64,000 nucleotides of DNA from Squalus acanthias (lineage: Eukaryota). The DNA is taken from the NCBI GenBank assembly GCA_030390025.1, contig CM059431.1, forward strand, positions 113,028,001 through 113,092,000. Direction: 5' to 3'. Under the pieces are notes generated by a model. The model was not told where the DNA came from and did not search any database. It saw only the letters and a list, made by a program, of their open reading frames with translations. Positions 39,215 through 50,891 of this stretch are shown here, in pieces; the first letter of the stretch is position 1; each line of letters opens with the position of its first letter. The position numbers were made by a program, and so were the translations under genes.

Positions 39215-39850
39215 AAGAATTGGCTTTATAAATAGAGGCACAGATTACAAATGCAGGGAAGTTATGGTAAACCTTTATAAATCACTGATTAGACCTCAAC
39301 CAGAGTACTGTGTCCAATTCTGGGCACCACACTTTAGAAAGGACATCAAGAGTTTGGAGACAGTGCAGAGGAAATTTACTGGAATGATACCAGGGATGAG
39401 GGGTTTCAGTTATCTGGAGAGACTGGAGAAGCTGGGGTTGTTCTCCTTTAGAGTAGAGAAGATTAAGAGGAGATTTAAAGGAGATGTTCAAAATTATGAG
39501 GGGTTTTAATAGAGTAGATGGGGAGAAACTGTTTCAACTGGCAGGAGGATCGGTAACCAGAGGACACAGATTTAAGGTAATTGGCAAAAAAGCCAGTGGG
39601 GAGATCAGGAGATTTTTTTTTTAACTGATCGAATTGTTATGATCTGGAATGCCTTGCCTGAGATGAATGGTGGAAGCAGATTCAATAGTAACTTTCAAAA
39701 GAGAATTGGATAAATACTTAAAATTAAAAAAAAAATATGCAGTGCTATGGGGAAAGAGCAGGGGTGTGGGACTAATTGGTAGCTCTTTCAGAGAGCCGGC
39801 ACAGGCATGATGGGCCGTATGGCCGCCTCTTGTGCTTTATCATTCTATGA
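39215..39850 (+). mobile_element. CR1 3' fragment
   Basis: ORF 39264-39509 (LYKSLIRPQPEYCVQFWAP); ends attctatg. Confidence 0.88.
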
Positions 39851-39991
39851 CCTGCACTTCATATGTAGAAAGCATTTTGGGGCATTTCTGCAAAATGCAA
39901 GTTCTTTTTCCGTTGTGATATAGAATAAGATTAATAGAAAGTTGCAGTCATGTTGGAATTGTGGCTTTATTCAATTTTCCTCTTGTTTAAG

Positions 39992-40075
39992 AACTCCGGC
40001 TCCCACTCCAACTACCCCGGCTAGAACTTCAAGTCTGGTTGATCTGTCACCATCCATTCCAGATAAACCTAAGAG
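39992..40075 (+). CDS. SCEL: Sciellin exon (TPAPTPTTPARTSSLVDLSPSIPDKPK)
   Basis: cttgtttaag| ... GAG|gtaagt, 84 nt, phase 2-2. Confidence 0.82.
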
Positions 40076-40147
40076 GTAAGTTCGAGAGTGCCCTTGCTAC
40101 AGCTGACATTTTGGGGTGGGATCAGGTAGTTAGCACCATTATATAAT

Positions 40148-40892
40148 GGCCCAGAAATTGATCTCGCTCTGTTCCCGCGGGGGTAAGCCTTTCCCGCGAT
40201 GTCTCACCTCGCTTATGCTTTTTCTGATCCAGCTCGCACGAAATTGATGTTCCAGACATCAGCTGTGCTGGGCTTGCGTATCCCAGCGGCGTAGTTAATT
40301 CGTGCGAGCTGTGGGATCACGTGACTCAGTTAGAGCCAATGGCAGCACACCATCTTCCATTCATAAGTCTCACAGCATGGCTGAGAGACTTATGAATCTT
40401 ACACCCCCCCAAAATAACAGCTAAACCTCAATTAAATTTTTAAAAAAAACCCATCACATTAATAAAATAAGTATAGTTAATTAAATTAACCATTTTAAAT
40501 AAAAAATTAAATTTTTGAAAAAATTTAAAATCTTTTAAAAAGTTATAAAAATAAACTTACCTGTCTTTAAAGTCTATAAAAAAGATATACCTGTAAAAAA
40601 AAATTCAAAAAAATACTTAATTCACTACTTACCTTCTTAAAAGCGGGTCTTACTCCTCCTTTTTACATTTCCAAAATCTTCCCTACTTACCTGCGCGTCC
40701 AAAGCATGAAGTGCACAGCGTGCGCGCAGCCTGTAGCGCGCACGCGATGCACTCAGGCCCCGCCCCCTTTTCGGAAGAGCAATTGCCGGTTTTCAGCGCA
40801 TGCGCAGGGCATGCAGAAAACCGGCAATTGGAGTGGGAATACGCGAGAGTATGCAGTGCGTACTCTCGCGTCCCGGGATCAATTTTCGGCCC
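40148..40892. mobile_element. Hairpin-rich MITE, copy 1 (same family as 59058-59798)
   Basis: TIRs GGCCCAGAAATTGATC / GATCAATTTTCGGCCC; colinear with copy 2 along its whole length. Confidence 0.88.
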
Positions 40893-41310
40893 ATTACCTC
40901 AAATTCAAAGCATTTTAGTCATGTTCAAATTAGTGGCCCTGTACCACTCTTTGTCGACACATTGCAGTGCCCCCAACATGACGATCTGTTGGTGTCCTTA
41001 TTATTCTTGCAACAGCCCTGGATATAATGGCTGGGATCTACTGCCCTCCCTCCGCTGATTCTGTTTTTTTGGCGGAACTGAGGCAGTAATTGGATCCAAA
41101 GCATGCGTCGCGGTGTATCTGCTCATTGTTACATCTCCTGATTCCCTGCCGACAGGGGCTATGTACTTACAATATGTCTGCCTATTTGTAAACTATCTGC
41201 AAACTAGGGTACTGACGGTAAATAATTAAAAGTAAACAATTATTTTTTTAAAATCAATATACTTTGCAGTGAAGTGTTTGAAACACTCTTTAATTTCATC
41301 TTTTTAACAG

Positions 41311-41394
41311 GAATAGTGGTGAGTGGGACAATACCAGCTCTACCACCACGACAAGCACAAAAACAACCTTTAATCCAAATTCAAGAAGCTCGAG
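41311..41394 (+). CDS. SCEL: Sciellin exon (NSGEWDNTSSTTTTSTKTTFNPNSRSS)
   Basis: tttttaacag| ... GAG|gtatca, 84 nt; one of three paralogous exons. Confidence 0.82.
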
Positions 41395-42294
41395 GTATCA
41401 CATAATACAACTGTGTTCTTTAATACAATCAATTCTTCCTAAATAAGTTAGCCGTTTGCAAGAAAATAGCATTTACTTGTCAGAAAAGTGCAGTGAAATA
41501 GTAAGAAAACCTTTAAAAACCCCTTTGTTTCACAATTTTCTGTACATTTGTTTGATTTTTTTCTTTCCAATGTTGAAGGCACCAATCTACTGGGTTATGA
41601 TTCCATGGACACTGACAGTACATTGAACCTCTCCTGAGTGCCTATTCTTCCAATGCGAGCTTAGACCAAGATTGTCAACTGATTAATCAACTGTGGAGAT
41701 GATCAAAGTTGGGTCTGATTTGGCTCTCACTGATGTCTTCACATGGGTCATTGAACAGTGATTAGAAGTAGGAACCCTGGCTGATTTTCCTCTCTCTCTC
41801 GTCCAAAGGTTCTGAGGCCATCTTTAGCAACCCTAGCTTCTTTTCTAGCTGAGATTTTTAATGTATTTTTAACAGTTGGTGGGGCAAGGAAGATCTTGTT
41901 TTTTTTTTCAGCCTTCAAAGATACAGGAGTAATTTTTTTGTCTTCCCCACATGGGCAGTAATCTAGTGAGTGGATCACCTGCCTGTTATGGAACCCGCTT
42001 GATTTTTATTCTTTGAAATCAATGGAATGAAAATCAGGCGAGTTGTTTAATGGGCTGGTGATCCAATTGCCAGATTACCGCCCGTGTGAAAATAACTTCC
42101 CTGTGACCCTAGACCGCTCCTGTGGTCCTCCCTAAGCAATGGGTCTCCAGTCAGTAATTTTGGCCAGACAAAGGTGTGTGATGAGGGGTGTTTTTAAGAG
42201 GGGAAAGATGGAGGAAAATAAAAGTAAACGTTAATTAAAAAAAATTACTACACTTCGCAGTGCGGTATTTGAAACAAACTTTCTTTTTTATTAG

Positions 42295-42363
42295 GAACAG
42301 TGGAGACTGGGACAATACCAACTCTTACACCACTACAACCACAAAATCAACCTTTGACCCAAG
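42295..42363 (+). CDS. SCEL: Sciellin exon (NSGDWDNTNSYTTTTTKSTFDP)
   Basis: tttttattag| ... AAG|gtaccg, 69 nt, phase 2-2. Confidence 0.8.
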
Positions 42364-42525
42364 GTACCGTGATACATGACAATGTTCTTTAATAAAGTCA
42401 GTTCCTGCTAAGTGAATTTGCTGTTTGTAACAAAATTGCATTTACTTGCCAAGATTGTAACGTATTTAGAGAAAAAAAATGTTTTATAGACCAGTTGGTG
42501 CAATACTTTGAAGCTCCGAGACATT

Positions 42526-43088
42526 GGGCTGGATTTTACCAGCCCTGAGGAGGCGGGTTTGGAGGCGGGACTGCCGGGAAAATGGCAGAAACTGGGAGCA
42601 GGTACCAACCCCACTCCCAACCCGCCTCCGTGCCATCTTCCCGGGAGGCGGGTCCCCGAGTTGCGCAGGAACCTGTCTCCCTGAGGCGGGAAGGGGATGA
42701 GAGCCAATCAACTGCCTGTTGACAGAATGCTGCTGCATTCTCAGATGCAGCAGCCATCTGCTTTCTGCTGAGGAGAGAGGTTTTGGTGAGCCTTTGTGCA
42801 AGGGCTCACCTTGGAACAGAGGTTGTCAGTGTTGGACAGCTTCGCAAAGCTGTCAAACGCTAACAATTCATCTGTCCAAAAAATCTGGACAGATGAAGCG
42901 TCATATGCTGATGTCATCTGTCACCGGTTTTCCCTTAATTGGCTGGTAAGCCCGCAGGGCGGGGCGGGCTTAACAAGGCCAATCAAGGGAAAATAGCGTG
43001 GGTTCATCATACGTCGCTGGGGGCGGGACTAGAACCCGGAAGGCAGCAGCCCCGCCTCCAACTCGTCTCGGCTGGCAAAATCCAGCCC
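42526..43088. mobile_element. Harbinger-derived MITE
   Basis: 19-bp TIRs GGGCTGGATTTT(A/G)CCAGCC; the subterminal sequence is nearly identical to the left end of the 51240 Harbinger. Confidence 0.85.
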
Positions 43089-43277
43089 AAAGTGCCTGTG
43101 ATTACCAATGTCCTGAATTCCTGACCTCAGCTGTTACTTTGGGACTATAACAGGCAAACATGTTCCCAAGAGGAGGGAAAATAGTTCAGCCCGTCACCCT
43201 AGCCTGATATATATATTCCTTTAGTTTATGCTACATTGTTTGAAATGCACTTTATATACTTTGTCTCTTTTTTACAG

Positions 43278-43361
43278 GAGCAGTGGGGAGTGGGAGAATA
43301 CCAGCTCTTATACCACTATAAGCACAAAGACAAGCCCTGATAACGTTTTGAAAAGCACCAG
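43278..43361 (+). CDS. SCEL: Sciellin exon (SSGEWENTSSYTTISTKTSPDNVLKST)
   Basis: ttttttacag| ... CAG|gtattg, 84 nt, phase 2-2. Confidence 0.82.
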
Positions 43362-44065
43362 GTATTGTTTATATTTCATATTGTGTAAATTCACTACTCC
43401 AGCGAATGTTTCAAGCAGGTTGAAGCCCAACACTTGACGGCGTAAAAAGTCCCAGCTAGAGTTATATTTATGACAGAAAACAGCGTAAAACGAGCAGAAA
43501 TCAGTAAACAATCAGAGCCCGAGGAAAGTGTGGAGACTATGCCATATTTCTTCTTTACATATGAAAATTAAAAGTTTAAAGCTGTCAAAACATCTTTCAT
43601 GCACATGTTTAAGGAAATGCAATCATGGAAGCTTTCCATTTTTTTAATGTAACTCATTCTGATGCCATAAAAATGCATTTGAAGATAAAGAAAATAAAAC
43701 GTCAGTCTCAGTGAGGAGAAATTAAAAGAAAACTTTAAAAAATCACCATAAAACACCAGTCCTGCCAGTGACTAAAATTTTAGGTGTAAATTTACACACG
43801 TTCATAACTGCCGTAAATGCAGAAAACTCACATTCTCTGTCCTTCTGCATGGGGGCGGAGTTATGTTAATAAGCGGCAGAGGGTTTCGGGAGAGATGTCA
43901 CGGAATTGGTGCAAAAGATTGAGGAAAAAATGGCGTAAATGACTTTTTCCCTGAAAATCAGCATTACGCCGTGTTACAATGTTGCAGCACAAATTTTCAG
44001 GAAATTCCAAATAAATTTTGTCAACAAAATTACAAAATAAATGACTAATTGTGTTTTTATCTTAG

Positions 44066-44143
44066 GTCCACGAGTGAACATGCTCTTCTCAATGATGAAC
44101 CTTCAACCTACAAATCGCCAACCTCTTATACCAAAACAAGCAG
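44066..44143 (+). CDS. SCEL: Sciellin exon (STSEHALLNDEPSTYKSPTSYTKTS)
   Basis: tttatcttag| ... CAG|gtactg, 78 nt; paralogue of exon 47074. Confidence 0.8.
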
Positions 44144-44727
44144 GTACTGTGTGCCTCTATCAACATTTCATTGGGGATCAGCTCTATCTACCTTTCCTTA
44201 ATTTAAGGTCCAAAATGAACCAATTAACATGTGCTTTCAAGGACACCAAGCTGAAGCTTGACATGGGTAAAATCTGTATAGAAAAGAGGTTAGTTGTAGT
44301 CTAATTTGATGATAGAATGTGGCTCCGTGCGCTTTCATGTTGAGAGCCCCCCATCGATACTTCCTCTTGTGCTCAAAACTGCATGGGCGTTGGCAAATAT
44401 AACACAAAGGTAAATGCCTCAGAGTTCTTCCTCAAGTATTCTCGAGTTGTCGTGGAAACAAGTTGGTCTCTGGTTGACCACTTACATCAAGTTACATTGA
44501 GTGTACAGCACAGAAACAGGCCCAACTGGCCTCCTCCCACCCTACTTCATCTAACCCTACCTTGCAGGTGGCTCCTAGCTTGTTGAGGTTAAGTCTTTTG
44601 AGTTTTTAAAATTGCACTCTGGAGCTGTGGTGATTTGTAAAATATGGAGGATGGGATGGGATCAGACAAATACAAGTTCTTAATTCTGTAGTTATATTGT
44701 AAATTGTAGTAGACTACTTAATCACAG

Positions 44728-44900
44728 GGGGGAATTTTAACTTTTGGCGCTCGTGTAAAATGGGCGAAATTGAATTAACCGCCTATTACATGCCCTCAGT
44801 ATATTGAATTCAATGGAAAGAAAAATCTGGGGTGGTATATAATAGGCGGCTAATTTAATGTTGTCCATTTTACACAACCAGCCACAGCTAAAATTACCCC
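44728..44900. mobile_element. Short palindromic MITE; relatives at about 20748, 41970-42085, 53717-53806, 55234-55389 and 56250-56358
   Basis: The whole element is an imperfect palindrome, ggggaattttaac ... gctaaaattacccc. The 53717-53806 copy has perfect 17-bp TIRs GGGTAATTTTGACTTTG. Confidence 0.7.
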
Positions 44901-45041
44901 TCAGTGTCTAGGTAAATCCATTAACAAGTCACATGGGCACTAACATAGTGCAATTTCATCAATTTATGATGGATGTGTTCAGTGAGACGTACACATGCAG
45001 CTTAACATGAATGTATGTTCATGGATGTTTGTCTGTTTCAG

Positions 45042-45119
45042 CTCTGGTTCACTTCATGATAAAAGCCCAGTCACAGAAGAGCATCTGTATAATTCTCGAT
45101 CATCCTACAAGGAAAACAG
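45042..45119 (+). CDS. SCEL: Sciellin exon (SGSLHDKSPVTEEHLYNSRSSYKEN)
   Basis: ctgtttcag| ... CAG|gtattt, 78 nt, phase 2-2. Confidence 0.78.
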
Positions 45120-45587
45120 GTATTTATATCAATCCCTCTCCTGTTTCTCTTTCTTTCTCTATGTGCCTTCTCCATTCTAGAGACTGATGACCAATACAAA
45201 CCATGGTTTCTGGTGGATCAATGGTTTCTACTGAGTCAGCATATCGTAGCTGGAGTGGTGAAGACTGCACTGTCCCTGTGCCGGAGAAAAGAAAAGTCTC
45301 GCTCGCATCTGATGGCCACTGCTGTGCGGGCTTCTTGTAAAGACGCGATCAGGCCTATTTACAGTACTCCTCCAGGGTGGAATAATCTGATGAGACTCAC
45401 TGTCTAGGCTCACACATGAAGAATGACGATTGGACTGCCAGTAAAAACCCATAAAATGCTTTGTTTCTTACAAGCTTAACCCACTGCCTTTTGCCTAAGA
45501 CATTGGGATCCAATTAATATTTTATTACCGGTGAAATGTATGAATAGAATTTAGAGCTCATAACCATAATGTTTGAAAATTCTGTTG

Positions 45588-46248
45588 AGCATAAGAAATA
45601 GGAGCAGGAGTAGGCCATTTGGACCCCTGAGCCTGCTCTGCCATTCAATAAGATCATGGCAGATCTTCTACCTCAACTCCACTTTCCCGCACTATCCCCA
45701 TATCCCTTGATTCTCTTAATATCCAAAAATCTATCGATCTCTGTCTTAAATGACTGGGCATCCACAGCCCTCTGGGGTAGAGAATTCCAAAGATTCATAA
45801 CCCTTTGAGTGAAGAAATGTCTCCTCATCTCAGTCCTAAATGGCTGACCCCTTATTCTGAGACCCCTAGTTCTAGACTCCCCAGCCAAGGGAAACATCCT
45901 CCCAGCATTTACCCTGTCAAGCCCTGTAAGAATTTTATATGCTTTAATGAGATCGCCTCTCATTCTTCTAAATTCTAGGGAATATAGGCCTAGTCTCCTC
46001 AATCTCTCCTCATAGGACAATCCCACCGCCCCCCCCCCCCGCCCCCACCACCCCAGGAATTAGTTTGGTGAACCTTCGTTGCACTCCCTCTAAGGCAAGT
46101 ATATCCTTCCTTAGGTAAGGAGACCAAGACTGTACACAGTACCCCAGGTGTGGTCTCACCAAGGCCCTATATCATTATAGTAAGACTTCTTTAGTCTTAT
46201 ACTCCAATCCTTTTGTAATAAAGGCTAGCATACCATTTGCTTTCCTAG
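45588..46248 (-). mobile_element. CR1 3' fragment
   Basis: ORF 45673-46026 plus the 3' UTR. Confidence 0.9.
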
Positions 46249-47073
46249 TCTTACTGTAATCATAACTCTTTTTTCAGTGCTAATATAATGGCCAACAGAT
46301 TGGTCTTTATGAGGAGGTAAATATTATACCATTTAGTGTTGCTGATGCAGTGCTTCACAAAATGGGTGCCCACAACAGGAACTCAGGTCCAGAGGTTTCT
46401 TGACATTGATTATCATTTTGCCACCGTTGCTGTTCAGAACACTTATGTGTACCAAGGAACGTGTGGTGTGCAAATCAATGACGCCAGCTCAATCCACAGT
46501 GTAGATAAAAATCCTGTATGCCCTTTATAGTGTGGTTCTGCTAATGTAAAGGTACAGTACTACAATTGACGGATAAGCAATGAATGGTGGAAAAAGTGCA
46601 ATGAATAGGAGTGATGAACAGCAAACAAAAAAGATGAAAGGTCGATGCTAAGGATGCAATGTTAATACTGTAACAATCTTGTAGGGCTACGCTGAGAGAA
46701 GGTGTTGTACTTCTCTCACCCAGGTAAGAGGAGGGGGATATTAAATATACAAGGCAAAATCCAGCCAGTTCTGTGGAGAGAAAGAGAGATGGAAGGTGAC
46801 ACACTGTTACTGACTTACATCATTAGTACTGGTTACTATTAAATACACTCTGTTCTATATACATAACCATGTTTGAAGATTTGTCTGGAAGAAATTGCAG
46901 ATTATGTTATCGGTGCTTAGCAATAAGCAGATAAATATTAGGGAAGTGAGATTGGTCTTTATATAGGGCATACATTAAAGGCACAAAGAAAAACTATGAA
47001 AAAAGCAAGAGGAGACCCGAGCGAACATATTTTACTGAGATGCAATAAATTATGAACTGTGTTTTTATCCCAG

Positions 47074-47163
47074 CCCTCCGAGTGAGCAACTTTCTGATAG
47101 TGATAGTGAACCTTCAGTCTACCGATCACCAAGTTATTCTCTGCAGAAAAACAGGAACTCCAG
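47074..47163 (+). CDS. SCEL: Sciellin exon (PPSEQLSDSDSEPSVYRSPSYSLQKNRNS)
   Basis: tttatcccag| ... CAG|gtactg, 90 nt, phase 2-2. Confidence 0.8.
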
Positions 47164-47898
47164 GTACTGTCTGCCTCTTACAACACTTTATTGGGGAGTC
47201 TCTACATCTTAAGCATCTAACTGCGTTAGAATCTGGGATGACTTTCCTTCATGTCTGATCAAAAACAAACATGTTAAAATGTGTTTGCAAGGCCACCTTG
47301 ACAAAGATAGAATTGTCTGTACAGATTGGAGTTTGTAGTATAATTTGATGACGGCACGCAGAGGAATTTGTCTCAAATTAAAAGTACCACATTGATACTT
47401 CCCATGATCTAAAATGTGCTTTAAAATGAAATTTAGCACGGCTGTAATTTTTTGCGAAGTATTTTTTCCAGCATATCAGCTCAGATTTTATTGCACCAAT
47501 CGTTTCCCCATCCCTCCCGCACCCCCCGCCAAGGCCCGCAATCCCCCCGCCCATGATCCTTCACTTACCTGAAGGCCACGGTGTCGCTAGCAACGGCCCA
47601 ATTTTCGTTTGGTCTTCCCTGAGGGATCCTCCCGCAACATTGGGAATGAGATCCAAGGCCCAATATCCGGGGCTCCTCGGACCTCTGCATTCTGGCGCAG
47701 GCTCCCAGATTTCTAGGACACTGACCTCTCTTGGAGGTTTAAGGGAGAGAATTCCAGAGGATGGGGCCTAGGTGGCTGTATTACAGCCACCAATGGCAAG
47801 GTGAAGGGAAGGAGGAGCGTGCAGGAGGCCAGAATCAGAGGAATGGAGATTCACAGGGGTAGAAATTGGACCTTGTGCCTGTTTTATGGGTGTAACAA

Positions 47899-48248
47899 GG
47901 CCCAATTTCGCAGGCCAATATCCTGCGGCCCAAGGACCCCTGAAAAACATCTGATCTGAAATTGGGTTGGGCCATTTTATCCAGGATTCTTAAGCAGCCG
48001 CCGCGGCCTAAGCAGCAGCCACCAACTGCCCTACCCGTTACCCTCTCCAACCACCCCGCCTCCTGAGACTTACCGTCTGGCTGCTGCTGGTGAGGCAAGC
48101 GGCTCGACGTACGTGCTCCTCAAATGTACGAGCTACCTGTGGAGGCACGGCTGCCTTTGCCTAAAATGTTAACGAGGCCCGACACCCAATTTCAGGCTGG
48201 CCTCAGGGTCTCTTGGTTGGGGTGGGTGCTTCCTGCAAATCTAGGCCC
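47899..48248. mobile_element. MITE-like element
   Basis: GGCCCAATTTCGCAGG ... CCTGCAAATCTAGGCCC termini with a GC-rich interior. Confidence 0.5.
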
Positions 48249-48333
48249 AGAAACAGGTCCAGAAAATATAGAATTTAAGAGATAATCACAAAAATTGAAA
48301 ATAAGCAATGCAATTCACTGTTTGTTTCTGCAG

Positions 48334-48405
48334 CTCATCTCTTTCAGATGGCAAGGGTCCTTCAAAAGTGATAACTATAACTAAAGGCTTCTCCAGTGCT
48401 GAACA
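48334..48405 (+). CDS. SCEL: Sciellin exon (SSLSDGKGPSKVITITKGFSSAE)
   Basis: gtttctgcag| ... |gtaaga, 72 nt, phase 2-2. Confidence 0.8.
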
Positions 48406-48984
48406 GTAAGAAAACAATCCTTATTTTTGCATGATTCAGTTTTGTACCATAGAAATGTTGCTTGACTTATTGATGTACTTGTTTAATGTTGCTGACCTAC
48501 TTCTCCATTGTTAGAAAGAATATAATTTATGGTCCAGTGCACAGCACAGTCACATCTGTTGTAAACCAAAGCAAAGTTAGCCAGAGTTCAACTTACGGGA
48601 GTGAATGTTTTGTGGAGGACTTCAGATGTTAAAAGTTTTCTTAGGGTCATAAGATGCTGTAGTTCCTAGGCATGAAAATCATGAGTATCTCAATAATTAA
48701 TGATGATCTTTTGGAGTTTGTCTGTCCATGATGTTGGCATTGGGAAGGGTAAGAGGCAACGGCCGCTGGAGTGTATTAGAGGCAACCACAGGTAGGTTAG
48801 CAGCAGCCTTTGAGTGTGTGCTCATGGAGCATAGGCAGAACTAGTTGTCAGGCAAAGTGTCACGGGGTACTATATTCCAGTCCAATTAGTATCAAACTGC
48901 TTTGATGGTCCTTGGAGTATTCTTGAAACAAAGTGCAAAATTGCAAGCAGTAGTTTCGTTTGTTTTCATAGTGGTACAATCGTG

Positions 48985-49170
48985 AGGTTGCAGTGAGTTA
49001 GAACAAAGCACTTTCACCTTGGGGACTTAGGTTTGAATCTAGTTCAGTCTAGCAGGATAAAAGCATCTTCTATCTGCAACTCATTTCATTTTCTAAGTGA
49101 AATTAGTTTTGTGCAGTTTTTATCCAATTCCTGACGTCTAACCACCTCTAATTTGGCACTAAATGGGTCA
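48985..49170 (+). mobile_element. Probable LF-SINE-related relic
   Basis: Ordered motifs ctttcacct, ggtttgaatc, atctg, gtgaaat.agtt, tccaattcct, aaccacc and ttggcactaa.tgg match my recollection of the LF-SINE consensus. Confidence 0.5.
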
Positions 49171-50891
49171 TTTCATTAAGAATGGGCAGTGCGGGAAGGG
49201 AGAAAGTTCACACTGGTGCAGCAGGGAATGCGCTTCTGAGGCTAGGGGTACGGCACACTGTGGGGTTCGAGCGGAGGGAACTTTACCCTGTATTTGACTT
49301 GGGCGTTGCTTGCTACTGACGCTTTGTGGCGAAAGTGAAGTACTGAAGGCCATCATAACAATGACGTTTTGCCTAGTACTGACAACCCTGGCCTCATGAG
49401 CACATAAACGATCCACAAATGTGGCCTAAATCCACCAATTAGGGAGCAGCCCTTTTCCACCAGTAAGGTAGTGGTCTTTTCCAATCTGCTGGGTCAGCTA
49501 GGTTCAAAATGATAACCGAACAGTGGAGGAAATATACTTTAATCGTACAAGGATGAAACTCATAAATACTGCTTTCCAAACGGAATAAGCAGTACCCTCA
49601 GGTAGGAGATAATCCGCAAGGCCACCGTGAAAACATTCTAGGCTCAAAATTCCTCAAACCTGATCAGCTGCTGGAAGTGCAGCAGGGCAGGACTTCTGGC
49701 TGCTGGTCCGGCCCAGCATCGACCCTGTCCCAAATCCCTGAGAAGGGGTCACTTACATTAAGGGTATGTGCATCCATGCCATTTACAATGTTTCCTGTGA
49801 ATCCAACCCACAGCAAGACCAGGAATGTTGAGCAGGACTGTGGGCCTCACTTATGACTTGCTGCCCGCATTATACATTGGCCCCAGGAAAAGCAGAAATG
49901 GTGGGATTTCAGGCAAGGGAACACCAACCCACCGGTTCCACATCTTTCAATGATGTCACGATGGAAGGGGGCAGACGCAAGATGTTCCCACCTGATTGGT
50001 CATCATTTTGGATTGCAGGCAGATAGGAATGGAATTGCCCCCTCTAATTACGGCCCCTGGCCCAGCACATAGCCTGGCACTGCCCCTCCTAGACCCAGGA
50101 ATTTTGGGGGATCTTAATTTTATACTATTTGCGCTTATTTAGATAATGTCTAGAATAAGAATTTCAATCAGATGGAATTATTTTTCATTGAAAAAAATAT
50201 TGAGCGAATAAAAAGATTTTGCAAGCTCTGATTAATGTTTAACAATTTGAATGATTACTGGTGTTGCTTAAAAGTAGTAAAATTGCATCGATCTGCATTT
50301 TCTCCATTATTGTGTGGGTAAAATTGTCTCTTTTTGTCTGGATTTTTTAATTCTCTTTTCTTTGTCTGCCTGAAATGATGCTTGCAACTGACAGGGTTGG
50401 CACATGACTGCCCAAGCTTGATTGCCCCCCTGCCCCCCGCCCCCCCCCCCGGCCTTTCCTTTCTTTTGTTGGCAAATGCCGCAGTCTCTGCTTGGCACTT
50501 CCTCCCAGCCCAGATAGGGAACTGTTTGAAGTAAGATTCAAACCCTTCCATGGCAATGGAAAACGTGCGGTGCCCATCTGTGTGGATTTTATTTTCAACA
50601 AAATTTTACATAAAGATGTTTTAGTTTGTTCCTTTTTCGCCCCTATACTTTTAAATGTGACACCACACAAGTCATCAGACACGATCAGAAAAAGATAAAG
50701 TTATTTTTTTGTTCTTTTTTTCTCCTCCACTTTTCTCTCCTTACTCCTCTTGTCTTGTAGCAGGTGGCTCACGTTGAGTACAATGGCAGGGGATACTGGT
50801 GATCTTCCAGTACCTTGCCATTAATTTTGAATGAATGTGTAATATCAGCATTTGATTGTCCTCATAGTAAGCTCTGGTGTTTGGTTTGCAG

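Noticed and set aside
34085..41852. Shared degenerate dispersed repeat (about 34085-34370, 35968-36065 and 41535-41852)
   Set aside because: It is probably an old SINE-like family, but the similarity is too patchy to set boundaries or name it by eye.
41311..43361. CRISPR-like or satellite array
   Set aside because: The repeats are spliceable paralogous exons about 1 kb apart. No repeat-spacer structure or cas genes occur anywhere in the window.
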